A stretch of 63,910 nucleotides of DNA, filler included, from Octopus bimaculoides (lineage: Eukaryota), in assembly GCF_001194135.2 (NCBI RefSeq). It is 5 parts of 5 records of this genome, joined end to end, with 100 filler letters (N's around TTAATTAATTAA, not from the genome) between each part and the next. Parts side by side here need not be neighbours in the genome. Positions count along the whole stretch, not along the records: positions 44,723 to 57,841 come from NC_068993.1; positions 57,942 to 62,680 come from NC_068983.1; positions 62,781 to 63,910 come from NC_068981.1; 2 more parts are not named here. The stretch is one strand, 5' to 3'. Numbering within the stretch: the stretch's first letter is position 1; each line of letters opens with the position of its first letter. Shown one piece after another: positions 52,185 through 63,910 of this stretch. Position numbers and translations under genes: made by a program. The notes beneath the pieces were generated by a model that had not been told where the DNA came from, made no database searches, and worked only from the letters and a program-made list of their open reading frames with translations.

Positions 52185-53345
52185 TTTAAATTTTAGCATA
52201 AGGCGAGCAATTTCAAGGGAGGGTCTAAGTCGATTACATCAACCCCAGTGTTCAACTGGTACTTATTTTATCAACCCTGAAAGGATGAAGGGAAAAGTCA
52301 ATCATGGCAGAATTTGAACTTAGATCATAAAGATGGATGAAAAGCCACTAAGCATTTTGCCCAGTGTTCTAATGATTCTGCCAGCTCACTGCCTTAAAAT
52401 AAATTTTATTAAAAATAACATCATCATCATCGTTTAACGTCTGCTTTCCATGCTAGCATGAGTTGGACGATTTGACTGAGGACTGGTGAAACCAGATGGC
52501 TACACCACGCTCCAATCTGATTTGGCAGAGTTTCTACAGCTGGATGCCCTTCCTAACGCCAACCACTCAGAGAGTGTAGTGGGTGCTTTTATGTGTCACC
52601 CGCACGAAACTCTTTCTACTCTAGGCAGAAAGCCTGAAATTTTTTTATGGTAGGGAACTAGTCAATTACCTTAACCCCAGTGTTCAACTGATATTTTATC
52701 AATCCTGAAACAATTAAGGGTAAAGCTGACCTCATCAGAATTTGAACTCAGAACATAAAAAGCAAGAGAAATGTCATTAAGCATGTTACCCAGTGTGCTA
52801 ATGGTTCTGTCATAATAATAATAATAATTGTCTCAAATTTTGGACACGAGGCTAGCAATTTCGAAGAGAGCAGATTAGTTAACTACATCAACTCCAGTAC
52901 TTGACTGGTACTTTATTATATCAAACCTGGAGATATGAAAGGCAAAACTGACCTTGGTAGGGATTGAACTCAAAACTTAAAGAGCCAGAACACATATCTC
53001 TGAGCAATTTTTGCTGATGCACTAACGATTCAGCCAATCTAGCATCCTAATAAGAATGGTTTCTACAATAGGCACAAGGCCAGCAATTTTTTAGGAGAGG
53101 ATATTGTTCAACCACGTAATCCCCAATGCATAACTGGTATACTGTTTTATACACAAGGACAAAAGTTGCCTTTGGTGGGATTTGAACCCATAACGTAAAG
53201 TTTCAATAACAGTAGCGATTTTTATAACAGAGGTACAAGGTCACAAGTTGTTGGAAGGGTTATTTCAATTACACTGACCACAGACGGGAATTTAAAAAAA
53301 AGAAAAAAAAAGCAAGGCTGACCTTGATGAGATTTGAGCTCAGAA
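52185..53345 (-). mobile_element. Array of about five same-orientation SINE family A copies plus one RTE 3' end
   Basis: Repeated 'gaatttgaact[c/t]a', 'cagtgttcaactg' and 'tttatcaa[c/t]cctgaaa' blocks separated by short (TAA)-rich spacers. Confidence 0.8.
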
Positions 53346-53361
53346 TATAAAGAACCACAGG

Positions 53362-53715
53362 AGGCGCAATGGCCTAGTGGTTAGGGCAGCGGACTCGCGG
53401 TTTCGATTCCCAGACTGGGCGCTGTGAGTGTTTATTGAGCGAAAACACCTAAAGCTCCACGAGGCTCCGGCAGGGGATGGTGGCGAACCCTGCTGTACTC
53501 TTTCACCACAACTTTCTCTCACTCTTACTTCCTTCTTCTGTTGTGCCTGTAATTCGAAGGGTCAGCCTTGTCACGCTGAATATCCCCGAGAACTACGTTA
53601 AAGGTACACGTGTCTGTGGAGTGCTCAGCCACTTGCACGTTAATTTCACGAGCAGGCTGTTCCGTTGATCGGATCAACTGGAACCCTCGACGTCGTAAGC
53701 GACGGAGTGTCAACA
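53362..53715 (+). mobile_element. tRNA-derived SINE family B, CpG-rich and apparently young
   Basis: 'tggcctagtggttaggg' A box and 'ggtttcgattccc' B box; (CAA)n tail. Confidence 0.8.
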
Positions 53716-54521
53716 ACAACAACAAGATCAAACATTTGGAATCTGTTGGTTAAAGCGATAGCTAGTACTAGATAAATAATCGAGTCAATTACATGTGTAC
53801 CGAGATGTTGGATTGCGGCCATCCTGGGGCAGCACTGACTTTAATAATCTGAGTTGATTACATCAACTGGTCAGTCCCAGTAACTACAAATGACTAAATC
53901 GTCCAGTCGTTAAACTGCGATAGTTGTGTACCGTAACTTCAGTAGAGTCTGAGTTATGTACCTTGTTCAAGGGGCGTAACTCAATGATAAAAGTTCCGTA
54001 ACGCGAATATTATTCAATCACCGATGTTCCAATTCTTTGGAACGGAAATCAATGAGAAAATAGGGACGACTTCAGAAACAAAACATTAGACAAATAATGA
54101 GATTAGAATAAAAAGTAGAATGGAAGTTAGGTTTCAGAGACTTCAGTAACCCAGTAAAGGGCAAAGACCACAGAACTACATTAATATTACCGGCAGGAGG
54201 CACATAAATATGAAATTGAGGACCGACCAAAGGTAACGGAGGAACTCAATTTTTTGTGAAATGCATCTCAGTTGTGGCCACTTAAAGAAGATAATTGACC
54301 CTTTAGCTTTCAGACCAGCTACATCAGACCCAAATATTCCATTTGTTATATGTTTAAACTAGCTAGATCTGGCCTCTTAGACCTTCCCTACAAGATCATT
54401 CTACAAATAAACAATCACATCATCAAAGTCGCAGATATTGATTGCATGATTGCTACAAAACATTGTGAATAAATGAGTATTACATTTGACAGATTAATTA
54501 AAAGAGTAAAGACATGTTTAC

Positions 54522-55135
54522 CTGGAAACTGTAGCGGTGAATCAACTTAATAATACCATTTCTGTAGGCAACTGCAATGTAAGGCGTGAAGCCACTTGTT
54601 TCCATACCACAAGGCATCGTTGGTAGTTTAGGCCCAGCTATAGCCGTCACCATGGTGTTGTGTGTAACCGTAGCTTTATGCATCCATTTCGGGGTTTTAT
54701 AGACAGTGTTCGGTTTACTATTCGTATGGAACATCCTGTGCAAGGAATGTGTTTGTTCCACTAACTGCCAGAAATCGATCCAGCTGAAGTTCTGACCACC
54801 AACACAGATCACAAGTGTATCACTATAGTCCTTGTTCACAAACTGAACGTGTGTGACACAGAAGTTCTGTTGGTCAACACCGGTAGCAGCTGTTGGGCCA
54901 GTCGGCCGGCCAACGACACCAACCCCTCCACTGGCTTCTGTGTGACACTTCACGTACAGACTAGCACTGGCACGACTCGTGATGACGCAGCTGGTCTGCT
55001 CCATGGACAAAGACACAAGAAAACATTGAATGGCAGAAGACGGCATACCATCGGTGGTAGCTATCATCAAGTCTCCATTGGCATTGTAGGCAATGTCGGC
55101 TAGAGATGCCCGTAAGTGTGCAGGAGACAGACTTT
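54522..55135 (-). CDS. MED16: MED16 internal exon (most 5' exon found)
   Basis: ttcttatgtAG|aa agt ctg...ttc cag|GTaaac; LADIAYNANGDLMIATTDG, VTHVQF, IAGPKLP and NGIIKLIHRYSFQ parallel human LADIAFTGGGNIVVATADG and DGSVHIVHRLSLQ. Confidence 0.93.
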
Positions 55136-55710
55136 CTACATAAGAACGTATCCTAGGTTCTGTATTTTGGATCAGTCCAACGGATACCTATAGAGTAAAA
55201 AAAAAAAAAAAAAAAAAAAAAGACAAATATTTTAAAAACTATACAAACAAAAGATTAAATTATCAGAAATATAAGATTGTAATTTTTCAAATGATGACAA
55301 TGATGATAATGGTGGTTATGATAACAAAATTAATCCTGTTTTTATATGATGAAAGTTATTTTTAAGGCTTCTCTTTTACTTGTTTCAGTCATTTGACTGC
55401 AGCCATGCTGGAGCACTGCCTTTAGTTGAGCAAATCGACCCCAGGACTTATTCTTTGTAAGCCTGGATGAATGACAATTAATTTGATCAAACATATCCTG
55501 AGGATGTCAGTTAAGAAGTGTCTCAAATGAAAAAGGATAATGATGAATCTCAAAGAAGCCATAGTTCTCAGCAGGAAGATAGTGGTGGCAATGTAATTAC
55601 TGGTATCAGATTGCTAGATTGCCAATTCCAGGAAAAATCCTCAAATTTTAGGTGTTTCTGTTGTGGTCTTCCGTTAATGTCTTTCATCTTTCAGATGCAT
55701 GGTTGTTTAA

Positions 55711-55905
55711 CCCTGTAGCATTTAAACTGACCATATCTGGCTCAAATATTTTACTTGTTATGTGTTCAAAGTAGCCAGATTCAGCTACTCACACCTATCC
55801 TACAATGTCATTCTAATACTAAACAAATCTCACAGCTCCAAGATAATGCATGATTAATTCAAAACAAAGCCATACATTTGACAGAGTAATCTGAATGCTA
55901 AAGGG
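55711..55905. mobile_element. piggyBac-type MITE (TTAA target site); related truncated copy at about 54299-54500
   Basis: TTAA|CCCTGTAGCATT...AATGCTAAAGGG|TTAA. Confidence 0.8.
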
Positions 55906-56563
55906 TTAAGAGATTCACTTCCTAACCACATCGCTCTGAGTGCAGACTCACTTGAAGACATTTTGACAAGCATTTTCTACAGCCCTGGGCTGAACAAAGT
56001 TTTAGGAATGGTTTCGGCAGACAGAAACTGAAACATTGTGAGTGGTGCCATGTAAAAAGCACCCAGTACACTCTGTAAAGTGGTTGGCCTTAAGAAGGGC
56101 ATCCAGCTGCAGAAACCAAGCCAAAACAGTCTATGGAACTTGGTGTAGCCCCTGACCTTTGCCAGTTCCTGTCAACCTGTCCAACTTGTGCCAGCATGGA
56201 AAACGAACGTTAAATGTTGATGATGATGGTGGTGTTCCCATCATACAATTGGTATCATCTACTAACAGTTTTCTGTGAAAACATGTCCACTCAAGGGATT
56301 ATACTACCTTACATAGTAACAGGTGAGGGTCAGCGATGAGAAGAGCATCTGACTGTTGAAATTCTGCCTCAATACATACCGTGCATACAAGCAAGGAAAA
56401 GAGGACACTAAAACAATGATGATTATGATGAGGACGTGTTTTTTAACGTTTTATTGGTGCAGAGCTCTGGTACAGATACGAGTTCTCTCCCTGCAACCAG
56501 GACTCTTAACAAATAAGCAAACTAATTAAAAATAACCACGAATGGTTAATGGTGATTTTGTAT

Positions 56564-57272
56564 AGGGCTTTCCTATAAGTAGGTTATCTCCCTTGGCTAG
56601 GCGGCGCTCCATGTAGATAATTAAACTTCCGCAGACTACCCACGCCATTGTTATTGCTTTACGTCTTATCATGGATATAAAGCAGCTTGATGATTCAGCT
56701 ATCGAAGTACTTACTGTGCCTGAGTTAAAGAAATATTTAAGATTATATGGTCAGTATGTTACTGGAAGAAAGGCGGACTTGACTGAAAGGTTGAAAGGAA
56801 TAAAAATTCTGTCGATGAAGAATGTCAACAAAGTAAATTCATCGGAAGATACTTCAGACAGGAATAAGCAGAAGCTTATATCTCCTCTCAGTGAAGTATT
56901 GCCTGATCTAAAGATCTTTGTAAGTTGCCGAATTTCACAGATAATGACATAATTACCTCGTGCTACGGATGAAAGTAAAGCAACAGTTAAGGAGTGGCAT
57001 ATTTTACCACGACAGACACGTACACAGCATCGAATACCACGATGTGAGTGAAAGCTGCTCTCACTGTATTGTCCGGTGTCTGGTAATCCCTTCAATACCG
57101 ACATCAAACCAAAAAAAGAATCCTGACCACAGAGTGTGGGTAATTATGTCAAATGTCACTGGCAATGTGCATTCAGCTGATTGCAAATGTTAAAGCAAGT
57201 CACTGAGCATGCATACATGTCATACGGGAGAGTTCCAATCAGGGATGGATAACAACCTTATAGGAACCCCCT
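56564..57272 (+). mobile_element. Internally deleted TIR element with SAP and SWIM-like coding remnant, ISL2EU-like
   Basis: AT|AGGGCTTTCCTATAAG...CTTATAGGAACCCCCT|AT (20 of 25 terminal positions match). The ORF at 56671 has LTVPELKKYLRLYGQYVTGRKADLTERL (SAP); a second frame has HRVWVIMSNVTGNVHSADCKC. Confidence 0.7.
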
Positions 57273-57295
57273 ATAGTGATAGATCTGTAATAATA

Positions 57296-57681
57296 TATTG
57301 GTTCATCCCATAAATAAATGTGGCTTCTTCAATTGCATGAACTAAAAGTCAGAGCGGGATGGGGTAAACTACCTGCATCAACTTGCTATAAAAACAGGTA
57401 TTAATTTTACCTTGTTCTTATTCTTAGTGCAAGTTTTGAAGAGTGCAGCTTGATTTTAACAGTTATTTTTTCAAAGCTATAATGAAAGTGACAAAAGAAC
57501 ACATTCAGCATATTACGCTTTATGAGTTCAATAAAGGCAATAATGCAACGGAAAGTGCAAGGAATATTAATGCTGTATATGGGGATTGGACAATAAGCGT
57601 AAGCCAGTGCCAATGGTGGTTCCAGAAATTCCGAGCCATAAACTACAGCCTAGAGGATGAGCTGAAGTGACCAGTCCAATA
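57296..57681 (+). mobile_element. Mariner remnant, N-terminal HTH only
   Basis: MKVTKEHIQHITLYEFNKGNNATESARNINAVYGDWTISVSQCQWWFQKFR; TATTGG...CCAATA ends. Confidence 0.85.
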
Positions 57682-58599
57682 TATATATATACTTCTAATA
57701 TACTCTTTTACTTGTTTCAGTGATTTGACTGTGGCCATGCTGGAGAACCACCTTTAGTCGAGCAAATTGACCCCAGAGCTTATTCTATCGGTCTCTTTTG
57801 CCAAACCACTAGGTTACAGGGACGTAAACACACGAGCACCGNNNNNNNNNNNNNNNNNNNNNNNNNNNNNNNNNNNNNNNNNNNNTTAATTAATTAANNN
57901 NNNNNNNNNNNNNNNNNNNNNNNNNNNNNNNNNNNNNNNNNATATATATATATATATATATATATACATATGCATGAATACATTATATGCATAATATATA
58001 TATATGTGTGTGTGCGAAGGCATGTGCTCAAGTCGTTAGAGTGTTGCACATACAATCTCTAAATCGTGGTTTCGGTTCCCAAATCGAGTGGCACGTTGTG
58101 TTGATGATGCAAAAGTCCTTCATACCTCATTAGCTCCACTCCCCTCTGATGTCAAAATGTAACCCTACGACAGACTAGTCCTCCCATCAGGCAGAATGCT
58201 GGCCCGCTCGACTAGTTAGCGGAGTGGTATTATCCAAAAGTTAAAATCAAGCAAATGCATTGTGACCAGTGATGTACATCATCCGATAGACTGCTTCATC
58301 AGGTTCTGCTCCAATGCTTATAGCAGAATCAGAATCTGCGTCTCCTTTAAGCACATCCTTACCTTTGAAACACGGGCTGTCGACAATTTTTCTCCACTGT
58401 TTTCGACGCTGGGTGGTCTTTTTGTTTCATTTTAGTTCCATCCCTACTTTCATACATCTTCCTTTCATTGTTAAATCGGAGTTGGGGACTTCTCAGTAAA
58501 TCTATGGCAGTATGTAATCTCAAAGCGGAAAGCTGGAACATTCGTTGGTCAGGTCTCTCGTTGTGATATTTCCACTGTGCTGTATATACATATACACAA

Positions 58600-58657
58600 A
58601 CGTACAAATTTTTTATATATATATGCATATAAATGTAAATGTATATANNNNNNNNNN

Positions 58658-58689
<32 letters not shown>

Positions 58690-59073
58690 GTGTGTGTGTA
58701 CACGTTTATATATACGTGCATGTATATATACATATATGTATTCACATGTATACTTATGTCTACATGAATATATAACATATATAGTATATAGTATATAACA
58801 TAAACATATATAGTAAAGGATCAGAAAACGGACACAAAAAAAACATTAAAACCTAAACAGAAAAGAAATAAAGAAGAGCTACACAAACATACACACATGC
58901 ACAGATACACACACGCACACATAAATGCATATGTATAGAAACATATATTCATACTAATACATATGTACATACATATATATTTATATATATGTATGTATGT
59001 ATATATATATATACATATATATATATCTATATACATACATACGTATATACATATACATATATATGTATGTATG

Positions 59074-59119
<46 letters not shown>

Positions 59120-59476
59120 ATCTCACTCACACAGAACGCATATACATATATACTCTACTTCTATAAGGATGATGCAAGTATATACACAGGCGTGTGTTTA
59201 TGGGTCTACTTTTCTATGTGAGCATCCGCGCGTTTATGTTAAAAATAAATTGGTGGCATGACTCATTGGAGATCTTATATGTCGTTTCCAAGGTAACATC
59301 ACGATTCAGTGTTTTGACAAACTTCTACGTTGAAATAATTTTCATTATTGATCTGATAACAAGGCATCATAAAGTAGGACGACTTTAAGACTTCTTTAAG
59401 AATACATGTAATACATGCATAAACACACATACATAGATACATAGATACATACATATACACACACACACACACACGT

Positions 59477-59507
<31 letters not shown>

Positions 59508-59520
59508 TATATATATATAC
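58600..59520. repeat. (TA)n, (GT)n, (ATAC)n and (CA)n microsatellite field
   Basis: Directly visible. Confidence 0.9.
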
Positions 59521-61240
59521 GCTCGCGCACGTTTACATATATGTATCTGTTGGTAGTGATATATGAATGAAAGCACTCAATGTATACAATAGAGTATAGT
59601 TATTGTTTGGCTAGAACCATAAAAGGTTGTTACACGTAAGTTTTTACGTCTAATACTGTTTAGTCAGATGCCCCCTATGGAGTGAAGATATCAACAAAAG
59701 ATATGAAGTGTAGGTGGACGAAATACAAATCCTATTTGTCGAGCAGTGTTCTTGTATTGCTATGGAGATTCTAACGAGTGAACTGTAGTATGCTGCAAAA
59801 AGAAAAAAAGAAAAAAGAAAAAATCTTATAAACCTAGGACCAGGTAAGATAACCTCCTACCTTACTGCGCGACAAAGAAAATTAGATGCAATCGGTTAAT
59901 GGTTTAAATATAATGAAATATGTAAACAATGATGTCATGCTGAATGGATGTGTTTTGCTTAGACGCTTTTTGCATGCGGTAATTCATCCCGGCGAAGTCC
60001 CTTTAAGGCGTTGAGTATTAAGAAAACACTATATCTCACAACCAGGTGAAACAAATCACCTTGTAGGTGAATGAGAATAGTGGATATCTCTTTGTAATTT
60101 CAGCCCATTTACACAGTATATTCGTGTCACTTTTGAAACTAGTTCGAAACTATCTGCATGAGGTAAATACAGATAACTTAAAATCTATCTGCCGGTGTGC
60201 TACAGCGCCGCACAAGGCAAACTGGATAAAATTTCGAGTTAGAAGCAGCTCTAATAATGTAAACGCTATTAATTGCTCATACTCAATGTGCATATCAGCA
60301 GCCAGGTCTTTATGCTAACTGTATAAGTCTCAGACCAACGATCTGAATTCGTTCCGAATGTAACACGAATGTATAGTGATGATAAGCAGAAGTAACAGCG
60401 AAATATCGTTATCTACTGTTCTCGTTCACCTGCGGGGCAATTCACTCCGCGGGGTCTTGCGGTATACATTTTTAAAGACTCCATATCTGAAGAGGACATT
60501 GACTGGAGGAAATACCACTTCCTGAAAGCGTTAAACAAAATACATTAAATAGGCGTCATCAATAATGCTAACATAATTAGGGCTCCCTCTAACTCAATAT
60601 TTGATAATGAAATGTAATTAAGCAGAATAAAGTTCAAGTATTGAATATGAATATGACGATATTTATTTTTTATGTAGAATATTGTGCTCGCAGACAGCCT
60701 CATGAGTTTCTGTGCGTCTACACAAATACCAAAAGGACTGACTGCTTGAACACCTTGCAAAGAGTTGCTGTCTTACATGCAGTCTTACAATTTGGGATAT
60801 ATATAGATATTTTCGATCTAGTTTGGATTCTTTGCCATCAAATTTGAATTCTCTGCCATCAAATTTGAATTCTTTGCAATCAAATGTATGGCAAAGAAGC
60901 CAAACTAGATCGTAAACATCTATGTATATCGCTGTATATGTTAAACTGTGGTATGTCTAAATTTGGCCAAATGCGTTTTTTAAAATATTCCTTTTTCTTT
61001 GCAATAGCTGGTTCTTTTGGTCAAAATATCGTATATCCAGCTGCTTCAGATGCTATAATATCAAACGTTGTCAAAGAGTAGTATATTGCTTTTGCTATGG
61101 AATAGTATAACCATATTTTCGTTCTCTAAAAAAGCAACGTTTTGGACTCACGACACGTTTGCATAATAGCAACGATATATACATATGTGTATGTGTGCGT
61201 GTGTTTGTTTGTGTGCATACATATATATATATATATATAG

Positions 61241-61280
<40 letters not shown>

Positions 61281-61399
61281 NNNNNNNNNNNNNNNNNNNN
61301 NNNNNNNNNNNNNNNNNNNNNNNNNNNNNNNNNNNNNNNNNNNNNNNNNNNNNNNNNNNNNNNNNNNNNNNNNNNNNNNNNNNNNNNNNNNNNNNNNNN

Positions 61400-61437
<38 letters not shown>

Positions 61438-62408
61438 TGTGTGTGTGCTTGTGTGTGTGTGTGTTTGTGTTTGTTAGAGAGACCGTATATGAAATCAGTG
61501 ATGCAGTTGAGCTAAAGGCATATTTCATGATTAAAACATTAATCAATATATTGAAATATTGGTCATTGATTACTCATTTAATTATTGTTTTTTTACCGGC
61601 AGATAAAACAGACAGCTGTGAAACAGACCACTACTGCTGTCCAAAAATTCTCAGTGATACGTAGCCGCTCTGCAATTAGTCGAAATATTAACGAACAAAT
61701 ATGCCAAGTCATTGTATTCAGTCGTACTTATCTTGATTTACAACAGAGGAACTTAAACAAATAAAACTTGTCTGTGACGCCTCTTTGGTTATCATATTTC
61801 ATTATACTCGTATATGTCCCGTTCCATTTTATTCCCTTCTTATTCGCGATACGTCTGCGCTGAATTATCATAGTTAATAATGAAATACTCATGTTGATGC
61901 ATATTTACTTCCCACATCCCCCGCACACATATATACTGAGTTGGACTTTTGGATGTCTAGATAACGGTGTATTGCACAATTGTCATAATTGTTTAAAGCT
62001 ATGTAATATCTGTTGCGTTTGTGTTCTGAATTCTTCTGGGACAACACTTGTGTCAAGTGTATTACCACAAAGCATAGAAGCACTGGAGAATGGATAGTTC
62101 CTGCATGTATACCTCATATATCTTCTGTGCAAAATCATGCCTAATTTTGTACACTAGTTCATATATATATATATATATAAAGAGATAGATAGATAGATAG
62201 AGAAATAGATAGATAGATAGATAGATAGATAGGTGTGTTTGTGTTTGAGTATATGTTATGTGTATGTATGCATACCTAAGTACATACATACGTATATAGG
62301 CAGATCACTATCACACGAAGAATACGTACGCAAGAGCATCTGCAGGACGTTCACAATGAATGTTAATATTTTCAGACTCGAAGAAACAGTTGTGTAAGCA
62401 AGAAGCAG

Positions 62409-62452
<44 letters not shown>

Positions 62453-62541
62453 GAGAATATACGAAAAAACAACAACAGACGAGGACAGGTGGTGTAAATA
62501 ACAAAAAGATGTATTAGTATGACGCTCGGGAATACGGTAAG

Positions 62542-62578
62542 TCTTTGACGTTTCGAGCTACGCTCTTCAACAGAAAGA
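62542..62578 (-). ncRNA. Minimal hammerhead-like motif with a variant core
   Basis: Minus strand TCTTT-CTGTTGA-A-GAGC-GTA-GCTC-GAAA-C-G-TC-AAAGA: perfect stems I and II, loopless ACGU stem III, GUC triplet, but CUGUUGA in place of CUGANGA. Confidence 0.5.
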
Positions 62579-62780
62579 ATACGGAGACAAGGAGAAAAAC
62601 ACGGAGAAAAAAAATTGAATAGTGTTCAGTCAACGGTCAATCATAATAACAATGGCTGACCGGAAGTTAGAGAGGCTCTGNNNNNNNNNNNNNNNNNNNN
62701 NNNNNNNNNNNNNNNNNNNNNNNNTTAATTAATTAANNNNNNNNNNNNNNNNNNNNNNNNNNNNNNNNNNNNNNNNNNNN

Positions 62781-63232
62781 CATACATACATACATACATA
62801 CATATATACATATATACATATATACATACATTACATACATAAAACAAAACATACAAATCTGCACATATACATAGATGCGTACATACATACATACATATAT
62901 ACATACATACATGCATACATACATACATACATACATACATACATACATACATACATACATACAAACAAACAAAAATACCCTGTTGCTGATGCTGAAATTC
63001 CAATGAAGGATGGATGTAGGTTAGAAACCTGTTCTTTCACTCTTGGCGACAAATCTTGAAATAAAACTGAATAAAGACATAAATACATACATACATACAT
63101 ACATACATACATGCATACATTTATAGATGCATACAAACATCTGTGTGTGTGTGTATGTGTGAGTGCGTGGCTATCTGTATACCAGAGCGACAACTGGAAA
63201 GCTTTCGACCAGAAGCCAGTTCAGTCAATCCC

Positions 63233-63283
<51 letters not shown>

Positions 63284-63508
63284 ATTCCCCAGCACTAAAA
63301 TAACTTCAAACGGTTTATCCAGTCTCTGCTTATCCTGGCCTGTTAACGGTTGTACATAATTCAATAGACAGATCCATCAAATGACAGCGAATATTGAATA
63401 AAGCGGGAAAACAAAAAAACCATGCTAAGTCTGTTTTATTAAAAATCAACGTCCGATGATAGCATGGAAGACTGAGAGACAAACGATCAGCAGACAACAC
63501 AACCAGTG

Positions 63509-63577
<69 letters not shown>

Positions 63578-63766
63578 AAATATACATGTGTGTGTGTGTG
63601 TGTGTGAGTGTGCGTGTGTGTGCGTGACGTGATCTATGTAGAAAGGACAGCTAATATTACGTCACATCTGACAGTGCAGGCATTTCATATGAAGAGATAA
63701 GAGTAAATGATGAGAATTATAAAGGCCGAGTATTCCACTGAAATTCTTCACACACCACCCTTGTCC

Positions 63767-63833
<67 letters not shown>

Positions 63834-63850
63834 CATTTATCTATCTATCT
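62781..63850. repeat. (ATAC)n, (CAA)n, (TA)n, (GT)n and (ATCT)n microsatellites
   Basis: Directly visible. Confidence 0.9.
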
Positions 63851-63910
63851 GTGTAGTGTATAGGTGTATGTGTCTGTGTGTGTGTATGTTACTGTGTGTT
63901 CGTGTGTTTG

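Noticed and set aside
52185-53345. CRISPR-like repeat-spacer array
   Set aside because: The units are about 200-nt diverged SINEs in a eukaryotic intron, with no cas genes.
60098-60162. Short plus-strand exon (tttcAG...gag|GTaaat)
   Set aside because: Isolated, with no homology or partner exons.

Overview
AT-rich, repeat-dense animal genomic DNA from a draft scaffold with N-gaps. The repeat families look like those of an octopus; this is inferred from recall, not from a search. Genes: (1) five minus-strand coding exons of Mediator subunit 16 (MED16; 55135 to 46176, all splice phases compatible), with roughly the first 200 aa not found in the window; (2) an unidentified plus-strand gene rebuilt from four phase-compatible GT-AG exons (29202-46133), whose stop codon lies only 42 nt from the MED16 stop. 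The rest is decayed mobile DNA: Penelope-like elements, R4/Dong-like RLE LINE fragments abutting (TAA)n tracts, RTE-like LINEs with a PHD-like finger, a Tigger/pogo element, three mariner remnants, an ISL2EU-like TIR element with SAP and SWIM-like coding remnants, piggyBac-type and fold-back MITEs, many tRNA-derived SINEs and long microsatellites. There is one well-formed type I hammerhead ribozyme (225-318, minus) and two degenerate minimal hammerhead-like motifs. Most ORFs in the supplied track are microsatellite or N-gap artefacts. There is no CRISPR array, rRNA or intact tRNA gene. Coordinates of decayed repeats are approximate.
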